Assembly: GCA_046563655.1 (NCBI GenBank)
Contig: CM102287.1
Coordinates: 10,230,001 to 10,294,000, forward strand
DNA from: Yuukianura sp. NJ FZ-2021
Lineage: Eukaryota
DNA length: 64,000 nucleotides
Direction: 5' to 3'
This document shows positions 53,353 to 64,000 of this stretch, one piece after another. A program made the position numbers and the translations under genes. How positions within the stretch are numbered: position 1 is the first letter of the stretch; each line of letters opens with the position of its first letter. Under the pieces are notes generated by a model. It saw nothing but the letters and a program-made list of their open reading frames with translations. It searched no databases and was not told the DNA's origin.

Positions 53353-55431
53353 TCAATTGAAAAATGGATTTTCGGCCTTGACTGGCGACCAAGGATTGTT
53401 CTGGGGTTGCTGTGGAGGTGACTGACTTTGGCCAAAGACATTGCTGGTCGCAGTAGGCGAAGGGCCCAGTCCCTGCAGTTGCTTCTCTCGGATTTCGTTG
53501 ATGGACGGCTTCTGAATGACGGTCTGAAAGGGATTCACCACTGGCTGTTGACCTCCGTTCCCACCAAGTGGGGCCGACAGAAGAGAAGCCCCACCGAAAG
53601 GATTGGCCTGCCCCACGCCAGAACTTGCCCCACCAAAGAAGACAGGAGAAACTGGTTTGGTTGGTGGGAGCAAGTTGTCCAGATTGACAAGGTTGCTGTT
53701 CTCTCCTAAGAATTCAGCAGGGTTGTTCTTTTTCTTGCTGCTTCCAGTGGGTTCCAGTGTTTGTGTCAAGGGACTCATAGTAAAAGGCGCTGAAGTGGTC
53801 ATGTCAACTGTCCTTCTGGAAATTATGTCAAACTCGTCTTCGAGTGGATCTGCATGTCCAGTGGCCCCGTGTCCATTTCCAGTTGTTGCCCAAGGATCTG
53901 CATGCTTCATACTGCTCTTTGGAGCCCATGGATCAACCACTGGAACAACAAAAATTTGGAAAATCACAAAACGTTTCTTGAAAATCACAAGGTTTCTTGA
54001 AAATGAGAAACGTTTTTGGAAACTCAAGCTTTTGAAAACGTTTTACCATCGTTATTGGTAAGGTGAAGTTGATTGGCTGGTGCCCATGGGTCATGTGGCG
54101 ACGTAATTCCACTGGCTGGAGCACTCCAGGCCTCTCCGCTTCGTCCCACATTCGTTTGCTTCCACCCATAATCCACACCCCCAACAGCTCCCAAAATTGG
54201 TGGCGGTAGAGCCGCCGCTGCCCCACCACTCAAATCAACATCAAGCAAATCCACCAATGCACTCTTTGGCTCGTTTTTCGGTGGCGGAGGTCTAAAAATT
54301 CAGAAAAAAGTCAAAGTAATTTGATTAAAATCGACAAAAAGTTCAAATAATCTGACTAATTAGATTAGTAAAAATTGCTCACTGAGTTTTAAACTCCTGT
54401 TCGCTCTGGGACAAGGCCATTTGCAACCGTAGTTCGTCGTTTCGTCTTCTCTTCTCCTCCTGTTCCGCTTCTTCCTTGGACATCGCCAGGGCCAATTGCA
54501 ATTGAAGTTCCTCTTCTCCAATTGTCTGCGGTCTTGCTTGTTCTAACTCCGGATTACTGCGTGACCTGTGATCACTTCCGTGTGCACCAAAGGCCGAATG
54601 GGAACTAAACACTGGACTCGTAGGCGTCGTTTCGTTGGAGTCAGAAGATCCAAAGCCAGACACAGTTTGAGCCAACCTGAAATTGAAACAGATCAAATTT
54701 CACTTTTTCCAAATCCAACTCCACCTTTGCCCAAGAATAGTCATTCTCAAGTTTCAATTGCGTTTTGGAAGAAATGCTGCCAATACTCCAAGTTTGGGAC
54801 AATTGACCTTGGACATTCAAAACATTGACATTTGACCTCACCTTTCTCTGGCTTTGGTAGCTCGAGTCCTTTCGTTCCTTAGTTTTTCATCAGAGCTCAA
54901 AAGTGCTACCAATTGTTTGGCTTTTTCACGAACATTGAGTCCTTGGTCCTTGTTATCCTCCAAGTGCTGAAAATCCTTCAGCGTCTGAATTGCAAAGATG
55001 TTTTCTTTGCACTGAACTGCAACCTGATCAAAATCAAAATTTTAGTAAAAATTGCTCCAAAGATCGGCAAAATTTGAACCACTCACCCTCTCCGACCCTG
55101 TTTTGATAAGGTACTCGATGAGTACCAATGACTTGTAGACATGTCGCCAGTTTTTTCCATGGTCGTTCAATCGTTTCCACAACATTTCCATTATCTGGGC
55201 AAAAGCTTCGATGTTATAAGTAAGGTCAGATATCTCCGACATGAGTGTGCTGCTAGGCCCCCAAGGATCGTTCGATGTCGCTTCACGAACTTTTTTCTAA
55301 AAAACACATTGATCAATGGTCGTTCACCAAAAATCAAAGCAATCAATTGAAATGAAACTCACCTGTGGATCCGTGTAGTTGTGAGCCACATTCTTGGCTG
55401 CTCGTCGTAACCCTGCTATATTCACTTGCAT
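53353..55431 (-). CDS. EPN: Epsin (liquid facets-like)
   Basis: ENTH domain (KVREATSNDPWGPSSTLM..WKRLNDHGKNWRHVYK), two UIMs (EEELQLQLALAMSKEE, DELRLQMALSQS), clathrin box LLDVD, DPW motifs, three NPF motifs. Confidence 0.96.
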
Positions 55432-56426
55432 TTTTCCTTAGTTCACAAAATACGTCGACAGATGAGAATTGGGTTATCGTTGCTCAAATCAAACTGAAAG
55501 TATGAAAACTTGCTCTCCTTCGTCACTAAATCGTTCCGAATAGTTTCACTAAACTTCCTCTGCTAAAAACAGAAACAAAAACATAAGTTAGTTCGCCTGA
55601 GGTCAATCACTGACGTTGCACTTGAGTGACCTTTGCATGAAACTCTCCTCCTCCCCAGGGTCAGTCACCTCCACCACCAAAAGTTAAGTTGTTTTCCTAT
55701 TATTAGTCGATATCCTTCTCACTTCCACTTGAGCACTATTCCTGAGGATGACGAGCCTGTTTAGTCCACCTACTGATTACAAAGAGTCAATTGATTAGTG
55801 ATAACGATGACTCTGACTCACTTAGTCAGTATTATCCTAATGGAGCCAAGTTAGCAGCAGCCTAACGACCTCTGGGGGTAGTGTCGTTATATAAGTTGCC
55901 CCTCCCTGGCGTATCCCCCACAACAAGTTGACGGTAAGTTACCTTCGTAGTTAGTTGATTAGTAAATGGGAATTTGATTGGGTTGCCACAGAATGAGGTA
56001 TTAGCTTACGTGTCTTCTGGTGGTGTGGTTAGTGCGTCTAGGAGAGTCAAGTGGACGGAAGGTTAACACTTAAAGACGATCCTGTCCAAGACTTTGACAG
56101 ACTAATTGAATTGAATGATCGAGAGACAATGGGAATGACGAATTACTTCAATTCGGAAGAGGATGAGGCAGGGAGGTGAGCAAACAGGCAAAAACACTTT
56201 CCTTTTTGCACTACTTGCTCTTAAACCAACCATCGGCAGCAAAAATTATGCTCCCCTAAGTCACCTCATCCAACAATTTTTATTCAATTTTCCATTTTTA
56301 CTGGACTTTTTCCAGAATTTTGAATTTTTTGGCTCAGTTTGGAATAATTTGTGGCCCTGAAAGTCAAGAATTCGACTTCAAATTGGGAATTTGTGGGAGA
56401 CTGATTAAAAATAGGTTGGTTAGTTT

Positions 56427-57033
56427 CTAAGTGGAGTTGTGCAGGTGCTGGACTTCTTCTGGAATTTTGTGAATGATGAAGTGCTGGTCAACAGTGATGG
56501 CTGTTGGTTCATCGGCAATTGCAATTCTGGATTTGTCTGGATATGGACTCATGATAATTGGTTGTCGATAGTACTGAGAGAACTGTCGCTCGTTGAGCCA
56601 AGTCGGCACGACGACCGTCCGCTGCTCCTGGTCTCGTTCTGGACCAATGTCGCCTTCATCTTCGACGTCGCCTATTGGTGGAGCCAGATTCAGTGGATTA
56701 GCGTCACTTTTCCTGAATACTGCGTGAATTCTCGGATAACTCCGTTTTTTGACGTAGTTGAGACAGCAGGACTTGAACTGACGAGATCCGCACACTGATG
56801 AGCATTTGACCCCGCATGATGAGCACTGGAGACCGTCGACGCTCAAGGTCAAGTCATCAGCTCCACTCGCCACGCCTCTCTCCAGCACCAAAGCACCAAC
56901 CACTAAAATCCAAAAACAAAAATTTCAATTTTCAAATTTCCAAAAACTTTCAAAAAAATTATTCCAAAAAATTCAGTTCCAAAAATTGCTTACCCAGGAT
57001 GATGGCAACGCTGGAACTGGACAGCGACCACAT
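56427..57033 (-). CDS. Trissin: Trissin neuropeptide precursor
   Basis: Signal peptide (exon 57033-56994 plus exon from 56902), then LQCSSCGVKCSSVCGSRQFKSCCLNYV-KKR, the six-Cys CxxCxxxCxxxCG...CCxNY trissin pattern followed by a basic cleavage site. Confidence 0.9.
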
Positions 57034-57502
57034 TGAAGAGTTTTGAAATCTCAACTTTACAGTTTTTTGTGTGCGATTTCTACTAAAAAGTAAAACTGAG
57101 GCTAACCTAGAACTTAGACGCTGCTGTTTCGTGACAATCTTGACATTGACGACATGTCGCCAATCGCTTCCATTTTTATATCCACTTGGATGTCCCATGT
57201 CGCTCATGTCAATTGTGTCCAAAAGTATGGCTGTTTGTTCTTGTGAGGGTGATCAAAGAAAGTGGCAGAAAATCCTATGAAGAAAACAAATAGAATTGCC
57301 ATAAGCTTCAACAGCGCTTCTTCTTCAAAGTAATTAATTTTTCTAGCCATACGTGCACTGGATCACAAATCGCTGGCGCTTTCTAATCTCCTTCCCTCCC
57401 TCCAGGCCTTTCATGCCATTTTGGATCCCACGTCCCACCGAAAAAAGTCCCACTTTGATCCACCACTTCTAAGAACACTCATTTACACTTAAATTGGCCT
57501 TA

Positions 57503-58232
57503 AGCCTCTTTCACACTGGATACGCCGCAACAACTGCCGACGGCAGTTGTGCCGGCGTAACAAACTGCCGTAGATAGTTGTCGATGGGTTTCACACTGCA
57601 CCACCGGTTCTTTTTACGCCGTAAATTTTTTCTACGGAAAGTTATACGCCGGTCTCGGTGTGATACAGCTTCATTTGGTCACAATTCTTGAAAGGCGCCT
57701 TTCAGTTTCATATGGGAAGACATAATGAACTAAATGAATTGAAAACAACCAAATGATTACAAGTATTCATGTGTAATTGCTCTATTACCATGCTTTGGGA
57801 GGAGTAGCCAACGTATTTCCCTATAGGGTGATGTATTAACACAAATTAATAGCTAATTAGCACAATTAGCTATTAATTAACACTTAAACAATGTTATACT
57901 TTTGTTTTTCCTACTTCGGTACTGCTGATTACGTAGGAAGAAGGAGGGAAGGATGATCAGCTGGGATGAGATGGGAACTGTCCGTCCGGAGTTGGTCCAA
58001 AAGTTGAAACTTTTCAACTTTTGGGGGTCCCATCTCCTCCTGTAGGAAGAGTTGACGGCGTAAAATGTGACGGCGGCAGCCGTGAGGCAATGTGAACACC
58101 TCACCCGTCTTCCGCCGTCAACTTTCTCTTCCGTCGTCCAACTCACCGGCGGTGAGTTGGTTTGGTGTGAATGGATACGCCGTCACAACTGCCGTCGGCA
58201 GTTGTTACGACGTATCCGGTGTGAAAGAGGCT
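57503..58232. mobile_element. Non-autonomous PIF/Harbinger-type element, 730 bp
   Basis: ~55-bp TIRs (agcctctttcacactggatacgccgcaacaactgccgacggcagttgtg... / ...cacaactgccgtcggcagttgttacgacgtatccggtgtgaaagaggct) with a TTA duplication at 57500-57502 and 58233-58235. Confidence 0.88.
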
Positions 58233-59172
58233 TTATTCATTGCAACTTTCTAAAAAATTGGACAACTAAAGAAATAGTTTTTCAAAAGGTTTTTAAAGAA
58301 ATTAGTTTTTGGAACCTGTTTCTCCTCATACTTGGAATTTAATTTTCTAAAAACTATGCTTTACCTTTTTACATTTTGAGCTTATGGAGTCACCAAGTGG
58401 AGCATAACACAACCACTTCAACTTAATCACGAAAAAGTAAATGTAATTTAATTAAATGTAACCCTAATTTAATTAAATTGCCACGAACCCCACACCTTTA
58501 AATCACAATGAAAAAACTAACATTTAAAGAGTGCAAATGACTGGAGGCTAATAAGGAAGCTTTTAGCTTTCTCAAAATAACCCCGCCCACATACACTCAA
58601 ATTATACAAAAATTTTGCTACATTTTCAATCAGCATTTGCATCAAATTTTGCACAAAAAATCCCGGCTTACTTTTCAATTATCTTTGAAACTTATTTTTT
58701 TGATAAGATAGCAAAATATTTTCACTTTCAATTAATTTTAAACACAACTAATTCCCCTGTTTTCCACTACCTTACTAATTATTTTCGAAATAGTCAGTTA
58801 CATTATCTAGCATAGCTTTTGATACGACTTTGTGTTAACAATCATAATTAATTAATTGGATGAATTAATTAATTAATTTAGTCATAAATATAATTTGTGT
58901 TTAGCTAATAATTGTTGATCAAAAGTTTTAACTTGGAGGAATGATTCACGTTTTTTTTTCTTAAAGAAAATGTTTTTTCATGAAAAAATCTCACTGACTG
59001 CGTTAATTTCTTCGTCCCTTGCTTCGTAGCTTGTGATATAAGGTACAAATTGGAAGTGGAGTTAAGTAATTAAGTAATTACAAGTAATTAACACCAACTC
59101 CAATTACAATTAAAGTGGAACTTACGTAGATTAGGTCCGCTGATTAATTTCGGTTAGCCTTGGATTGAAGCG

Positions 59173-61421
59173 TTAATAGAACTTCTTGTGTTCCTTTTCC
59201 TTCCTGTTTTGGTAAATGGCGTATGCAAGGAACAGGACAGTTTGAATGAGAGCCACAGCCACCACCATCGTCCCACTGACACAGTCTAGGGTGGGACATG
59301 GTGGGATTTGAACTGGCGGAGGAGGAGGTGGGTTCGTCACCCTTTGGGACACGAAAGTCACGTCTCGCTTCAAGGCCGACATACCCTCACGAATCTAATT
59401 CAAAGCAAAAACAATTGGATCAACTAATTGAAACAAACAACAGAGGAAATGCGTACTTGTACTTACTTCGTTAAAATTTGAAGTGTAGTCTGCACCCCCT
59501 TGAGCTTGAGCCGATGCTGGACGAGCAATCAGCTGATCCGATTTAGCAGAAATCGAAGCTACAAAGTTCCTAAAACCACAGAAAAAATTGAAATCGGTTC
59601 GTTTTTTGATAAAAACTTAAAAATATTTGAGAAAAGTTACTTAATGTCACGAGTGATGGCGAGAAGGTCACGACTGGAAGCGAGGAGATTGTCAACTTCG
59701 TGTCTCTGAATGGCACTTGGAGGTGGGTGCCCTTGTGGTGGGGCCATTCCAGGTTGACCCACCACGGCCCCACCATGCTGAATAGAACTGACTAGACTCA
59801 TGGTCGTCTCTTGTCGTCCCACAATTTCATCCAATTTCTTAGACAGACTCTGCACGAGAACCCGAAGATCCGATTGACCCTGGAAAATTTGACGCAGTTC
59901 CCGAATTTGCTCCTCCTCGAACCACTCTTCCTCCTCTTTCTCTTTTGCTTCTGGATGTTCCTTGATGTACCTGAAATGTAATTCATTACAATTACTTATT
60001 GAAATTACAAGTAATTAAGTAATTACAAGTAATTACTTCAGTATTCGACTTTTCTTACTCTTCTTTCTGCTTCAGAAGTTGTTCTTGGTAAGTTTGAAAC
60101 TCCTTGTCGAACTTCTCTTGCTCTGCACTAGGAATCTGAACTCCTGGAGGCGAAAATGTTTCCGACTGGATGCTCCATGTCATGAACTTCTGGACATCGT
60201 GGTCATCTGGCACAAAAATTAGATTATTAATAATTATATTAGAATAATTAATTGGTTAGTTTACATAATTAGTTTTGTGATTAATTAGTTTAGTTTTAAT
60301 CTAAAATCTGTTACCAGCCAGTCCTCCAGTGGCAGCACTGAGGCCAAAGTAGCCCCTCGACGGCAAGAAAACGTTTTCAACTCGGAGGCACATTTCAAAG
60401 TCTTGTTCGTTGTTGCTCATTCCACTGTGAATCATCACTGACAAAACACTTGAACAAAGAATACATTATTCATTAATACAACTTGTAATGTCTTTACTAA
60501 AACAACTACTCTTTACTAAAACATAACTAGTAGATGGAAATGAACTGACTTTTTGTAGTAGTGAATCTTGGCTCGAACTGGAAACGGTTTGTTCCTAAAA
60601 TCTCGTAAACAGCCGGCAATTTGCTGCGTGGATCCATCACTAAAAAGAAGTTAAGCCGCAAATTAAACAACGTTCAGCTTCTATTTCAAATGTTCTCACT
60701 TGTGGTGATCGTAAAGCTTCGTTCCGTCGTTGATCATGGCCATGATGTAAGGATTGTTGTGCTTGTTGTCATTGTCGAAAGAATCGAAAAAGATCCCAAG
60801 GCCGTTCCACTGATCAGAACTTCCGAAAACTGGGCCTTCATGACCCTTTGGATCCGTGAACCAGAAAGCCTAAAAGAACCAACGAAACAACGTTTCTGAC
60901 AATTTAAACAAAGTTCATCAAGAATCCTTCATGTTTAGTTGGTTACCAATCCATCAGCACCGATCCTTCCACGTCCAGTTACTCTAAACACGATTTCCAC
61001 TTCCCACCACTCGAATGTCGTTTGCAGTTTAGACCAAACGGAACCTGTTCAAACAAAAACAAAAGTCAAAGTCCATCGCTTTGTTCAAACATGCTGATCA
61101 CTTCGATTGCGAATCACTACCAACCCTTTTGACTCTTGAGACTCGGCGTAATCCTGAGATTTTCTTCACTAGCGATTGCATCTAGGAAAAAGGAAAGAAA
61201 GGATTGAATTAATTACTTTTTAATTAACTAATTTAAAGTTGCTTACTTCCAGTGTGTTCAAAGAAGGGAATGGATCCATCCTTCTGTGCTAGATATGGTG
61301 GTTTGAATGACCATTTGTACTCGAATCGTTTCATGCCCTGGTCAAGAGGTATCTGCCCAAGTACTCCTACTACTGCAACTCCCACACTCCATAGGATGAG
61401 TAACTGATGTCTCAGGGTCAT
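59173..61421 (-). CDS. LMAN1: ERGIC-53 / LMAN1 L-type lectin cargo receptor
   Basis: RFEYKWSFKPPYL, GRIGADG, GIFFDSFDND..HNNP, GYFGLSAATGGLADDHDV, coiled coil, TM segment, C-terminal KKFY. Confidence 0.96.
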
Positions 61422-61768
61422 TTCACTAACTAACTTAACGCTTCACTTAATTAACTTAGTTAATTAACTAAACATACAGCAGGTCAACTGTAAAAGTGAC
61501 AAGAAGTGCCGACAGAAAGTGAAAGTTGACATTGACAGCTGGGAATCACAAAGTGGTGACACGCGGACACCAAAATTCAAAAAATCACAAAAAGCGCCAA
61601 ATTCAAAAAAGCCCCAACTTTCTCCTTTCACCTGGTGAAAGGAAACGTAGAGAGTGCGAAGCCAAAGCAATTGGTTATGCCAATTAGTGAATTTTTATTT
61701 AATTTTAATTTTTAATAGGTATTGTAATCACTGAAAGCAATTACATCTAAGTAAATCGACGACCATCG

Positions 61769-61912
61769 TCACTTCTTCTTCTTAATGGCCGTCATAAGTT
61801 TTTGCTTGAATTTATCCGGGTCCGCACTCTTGTCAATCTCTTTTAACATTTTCTCAATGAATTTGTTCTCTCGGTCTTCTTCAAGCGGATCGTTTGCCAG
61901 TACATTCTGCAT
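61769..61912 (-). CDS. Small ORF or orphan terminal exon (47 aa), unknown product
   Basis: MQNVLANDPLEEDRENKFIEKMLKEIDKSADPDKFKQKLMTAIKKKK*; the CAG codon could instead be a splice acceptor. Confidence 0.4.
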   Translation of the reverse strand: MQNVLANDPLEEDRENKFIEKMLKEIDKSADPDKFKQKLMTAIKKKK

Positions 61913-62236
61913 TTCAAACAAAATTAGGTTAAGTTAAGGCAGATCAAATTCATTTGCAACACACTCAGTCCAAGTAAGGAACAGTTTCTGCTAACCATTG
62001 ACCTTTGACCTACGAAATAATTTCGTTGACCTTATAGGTGCTCGGGTCGCTCCAAGACTGGATCTCCAAGTTGAATTTTTCATGTTCGTTCGTATTTCAA
62101 ACGAAGGAGTGGACAAAGAGACACTTTGTATCCACGAACGCCAAATTGTACGTTTTCAAGTTTAGAATTTTACAATTTAGGATGGGAATTTTTTTTTGAA
62201 AGTTTTGAAAATTTTAAATTCTGGTATGAGGTGATT

Positions 62237-62740
62237 ATGCTGTACGGATTCACACCAAGTCCAGAAATCCAGATTGTGTTGACGCTGATTGGTTGCTTCC
62301 TTCTGCTGACTGTGATGTACATCTTCTACGTGTGTTGTCGTCGTCATCGCAAAGTGTGGAGAGCAAATAAACTTAGAATCCTGGGACTGGTTGCAGATCA
62401 TTGTCGACACTTTCCCAAGGTCAATCAAGGAGGGCAAGGACTCTGTCGAAGCTCATCGTCGAAGGGACTCCATCATCCTGTCCCTTCAAGGGCACCTCAA
62501 AATCAACAGAAATCGTGTCCAAAATACCCGAGTCTCAGCCGGAACAAGAAGAAGATGAGTCGATCGGAAGTTCGGGAGACAAGTCGAGCCTATCCGGAGA
62601 ATCGGAAGGATCCGACAGTCAAAGGTCACTCAGAGGTACGCCATTTTGGATCCTCCGTTGGAGGCTCAACGTCGTTGGCTGGAGTGCTCCCTTTTCCTGT
62701 ATCTAATTGGCTTGTAAAACCTAAGGTTAGGTTAGCCTAA
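62237..62740 (+). CDS. Hypothetical single-pass membrane protein
   Basis: IQIVLTLIGCFLLLTVMYIFYVCC followed by basic RRHRK; downstream frame is ambiguous. Confidence 0.4.
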   Translation: MLYGFTPSPEIQIVLTLIGCFLLLTVMYIFYVCCRRHRKVWRANKLRILGLVADHCRHFPKVNQGGQGLCRSSSSKGLHHPVPSRAPQNQQKSCPKYPSLSRNKKKMSRSEVRETSRAYPENRKDPTVKGHSEVRHFGSSVGGSTSLAGVLPFPVSNWLVKPKVRLA

Positions 62741-63394
62741 CTCGAATTAGGTTAGCCAGTTCTCCTCTTCGTAAATAGGTCAAAGGTCAACAGAAATTGT
62801 TAGGTTATTTCTTACTTGATATGGATTGGTGACAGTCGGTGCCTGCCCAGTCATGAAGAAATTCGTTAGTGGAGATGAAGCCTGACCTTGGCTTTGACTA
62901 CTGTGACCTTTGTTTGGGTCACCTGGAGTTCCCTTGTTCGCTGTAGTAGGATCCATTCCAAGAATTTAATTTAATAGATTGTCTCAACCTTAACCACACT
63001 CTGTCTTCTTCACAAATGCGTCTTTTTCTGGAAGGTGACTTCCAGACGAAGGGAATTTGTGAAGGGGGAGAAAAAGTAGGAGACTTTTGCTCCTAATCAG
63101 AGATTGCTAATTTGCAGATCTCTGATTCGCAAATTTTCATTCATTTGTTCATTTAGCTCACCTGCAGTAAAGTTGCAACTTGCAAAAAGGAATTCTTTGG
63201 AGTTGCCTTACGAGTCCGTTGACAAGACCGACCGTGACAAATTACAAACTGAAACTGACGCTTATTAACATGGAATTTTTCAGTTTCCTTTTGAGAAAAG
63301 AAGAGTAAAAATAAGTCCAGCATTTTGAGGCAGGTCGTTGACTTGAGTCTCAAAATAAATCGTTTTTAAAAATAGGTTTTGAAGAAGCCTTTGT

Positions 63395-64000
63395 TTAGAA
63401 ACGGTGGAAGGAACTGTTGAGTCCAACCGTTGGAGAGGCGGCGTTTGTGACTCCTCCCAAATGCTTCATGACCTCTGCCTTCCCAAGACTTTTGGCACAA
63501 ATCGTAACGTGGTGGTTGACAAGGGCGTTGGCCAAGTGGATCTTCTGGGGAAGGAGGATGTCAAGGGCGTAGTTTCCGGAGGGCGTCGCTTTGTACAACG
63601 GCTCTGGTCGGAAAGAGTGGCGACAAGGTCGTCCAGCCTCCACTTCCCACTCTTCTGGTTCTGGAAGTGACCTAGCGGTGACCTCTTCTTGGGGTGACCT
63701 CAATGACGGGGCTGGAGTGACCGGTCTCTCTTCAAATTCAAATTCCCCCGCCATTTCTCCACCCTCTTCTGCTGCATAGTTGGCATGGAAGGTGGGTCCA
63801 CTCATCCTGGCATGGGCAATCCAAGCCTCAATGTCGCCAGTCTCCCCGTCTTCTCCTTCAAACAGCTTCAGAGTTGGCACAATTCCTTCTCCGTCTTCTT
63901 CCACAAGGCGTTCGGGGGGACACCATACAAAGGGAGGAGGTGAGTCGCATTCTGTCGTGGACAGGTCAACGGATGACCAGTCGCTGTCCAGGTCACCAGC
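63395..64000 (-). CDS. Partial acidic, low-complexity protein of unknown function, extending beyond the window
   Basis: Frame open from 64000 to the stop at 63395 (~200 codons) with exon-like GC content; no domain recognised. Confidence 0.55.
   Translation of the reverse strand, partial: AGDLDSDWSSVDLSTTECDSPPPFVWCPPERLVEEDGEGIVPTLKLFEGEDGETGDIEAWIAHARMSGPTFHANYAAEEGGEMAGEFEFEERPVTPAPSLRSPQEEVTARSLPEPEEWEVEAGRPCRHSFRPEPLYKATPSGNYALDILLPQKIHLANALVNHHVTICAKSLGKAEVMKHLGGVTNAASPTVGLNSSFHRF

Overview
This is eukaryotic DNA, not prokaryotic: AT-rich, gene-dense, with short GT-AG introns. Knickkopf, trissin and lqf-type epsin point to an arthropod with a compact genome, but the species cannot be determined. 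The ORF track fragments the genes, so spliced models were rebuilt by hand. CDS coordinates span start to stop including introns, and exon boundaries are unverified. Gene order: divergent SMC6-like (5' truncated), SV2-like MFS protein, nanos-like, KTI12, dUTPase, ISOC1, Cys-rich secreted protein, NTAQ1, MARCH-type RING-CH ligase, a small TM protein with two alternative first exons, thyroglobulin type-1 repeat protein, Smad2/3, a hidden 63-aa spliced microprotein, uridine-cytidine kinase, FAM166/CIMIP2-like, knickkopf, COX18, epsin, trissin, LMAN1/ERGIC-53, then unassigned ORFs at the 3' end. Several non-autonomous TIR elements are present. No CRISPR, tRNA or rRNA was seen. The best leads are the two microprotein loci, a UGA-C readthrough candidate in ISOC1, two structured introns that may hold ncRNAs, strong over-representation of TGACCTTTGACC, and altered motifs in SMC6, Smad2/3 and dUTPase.
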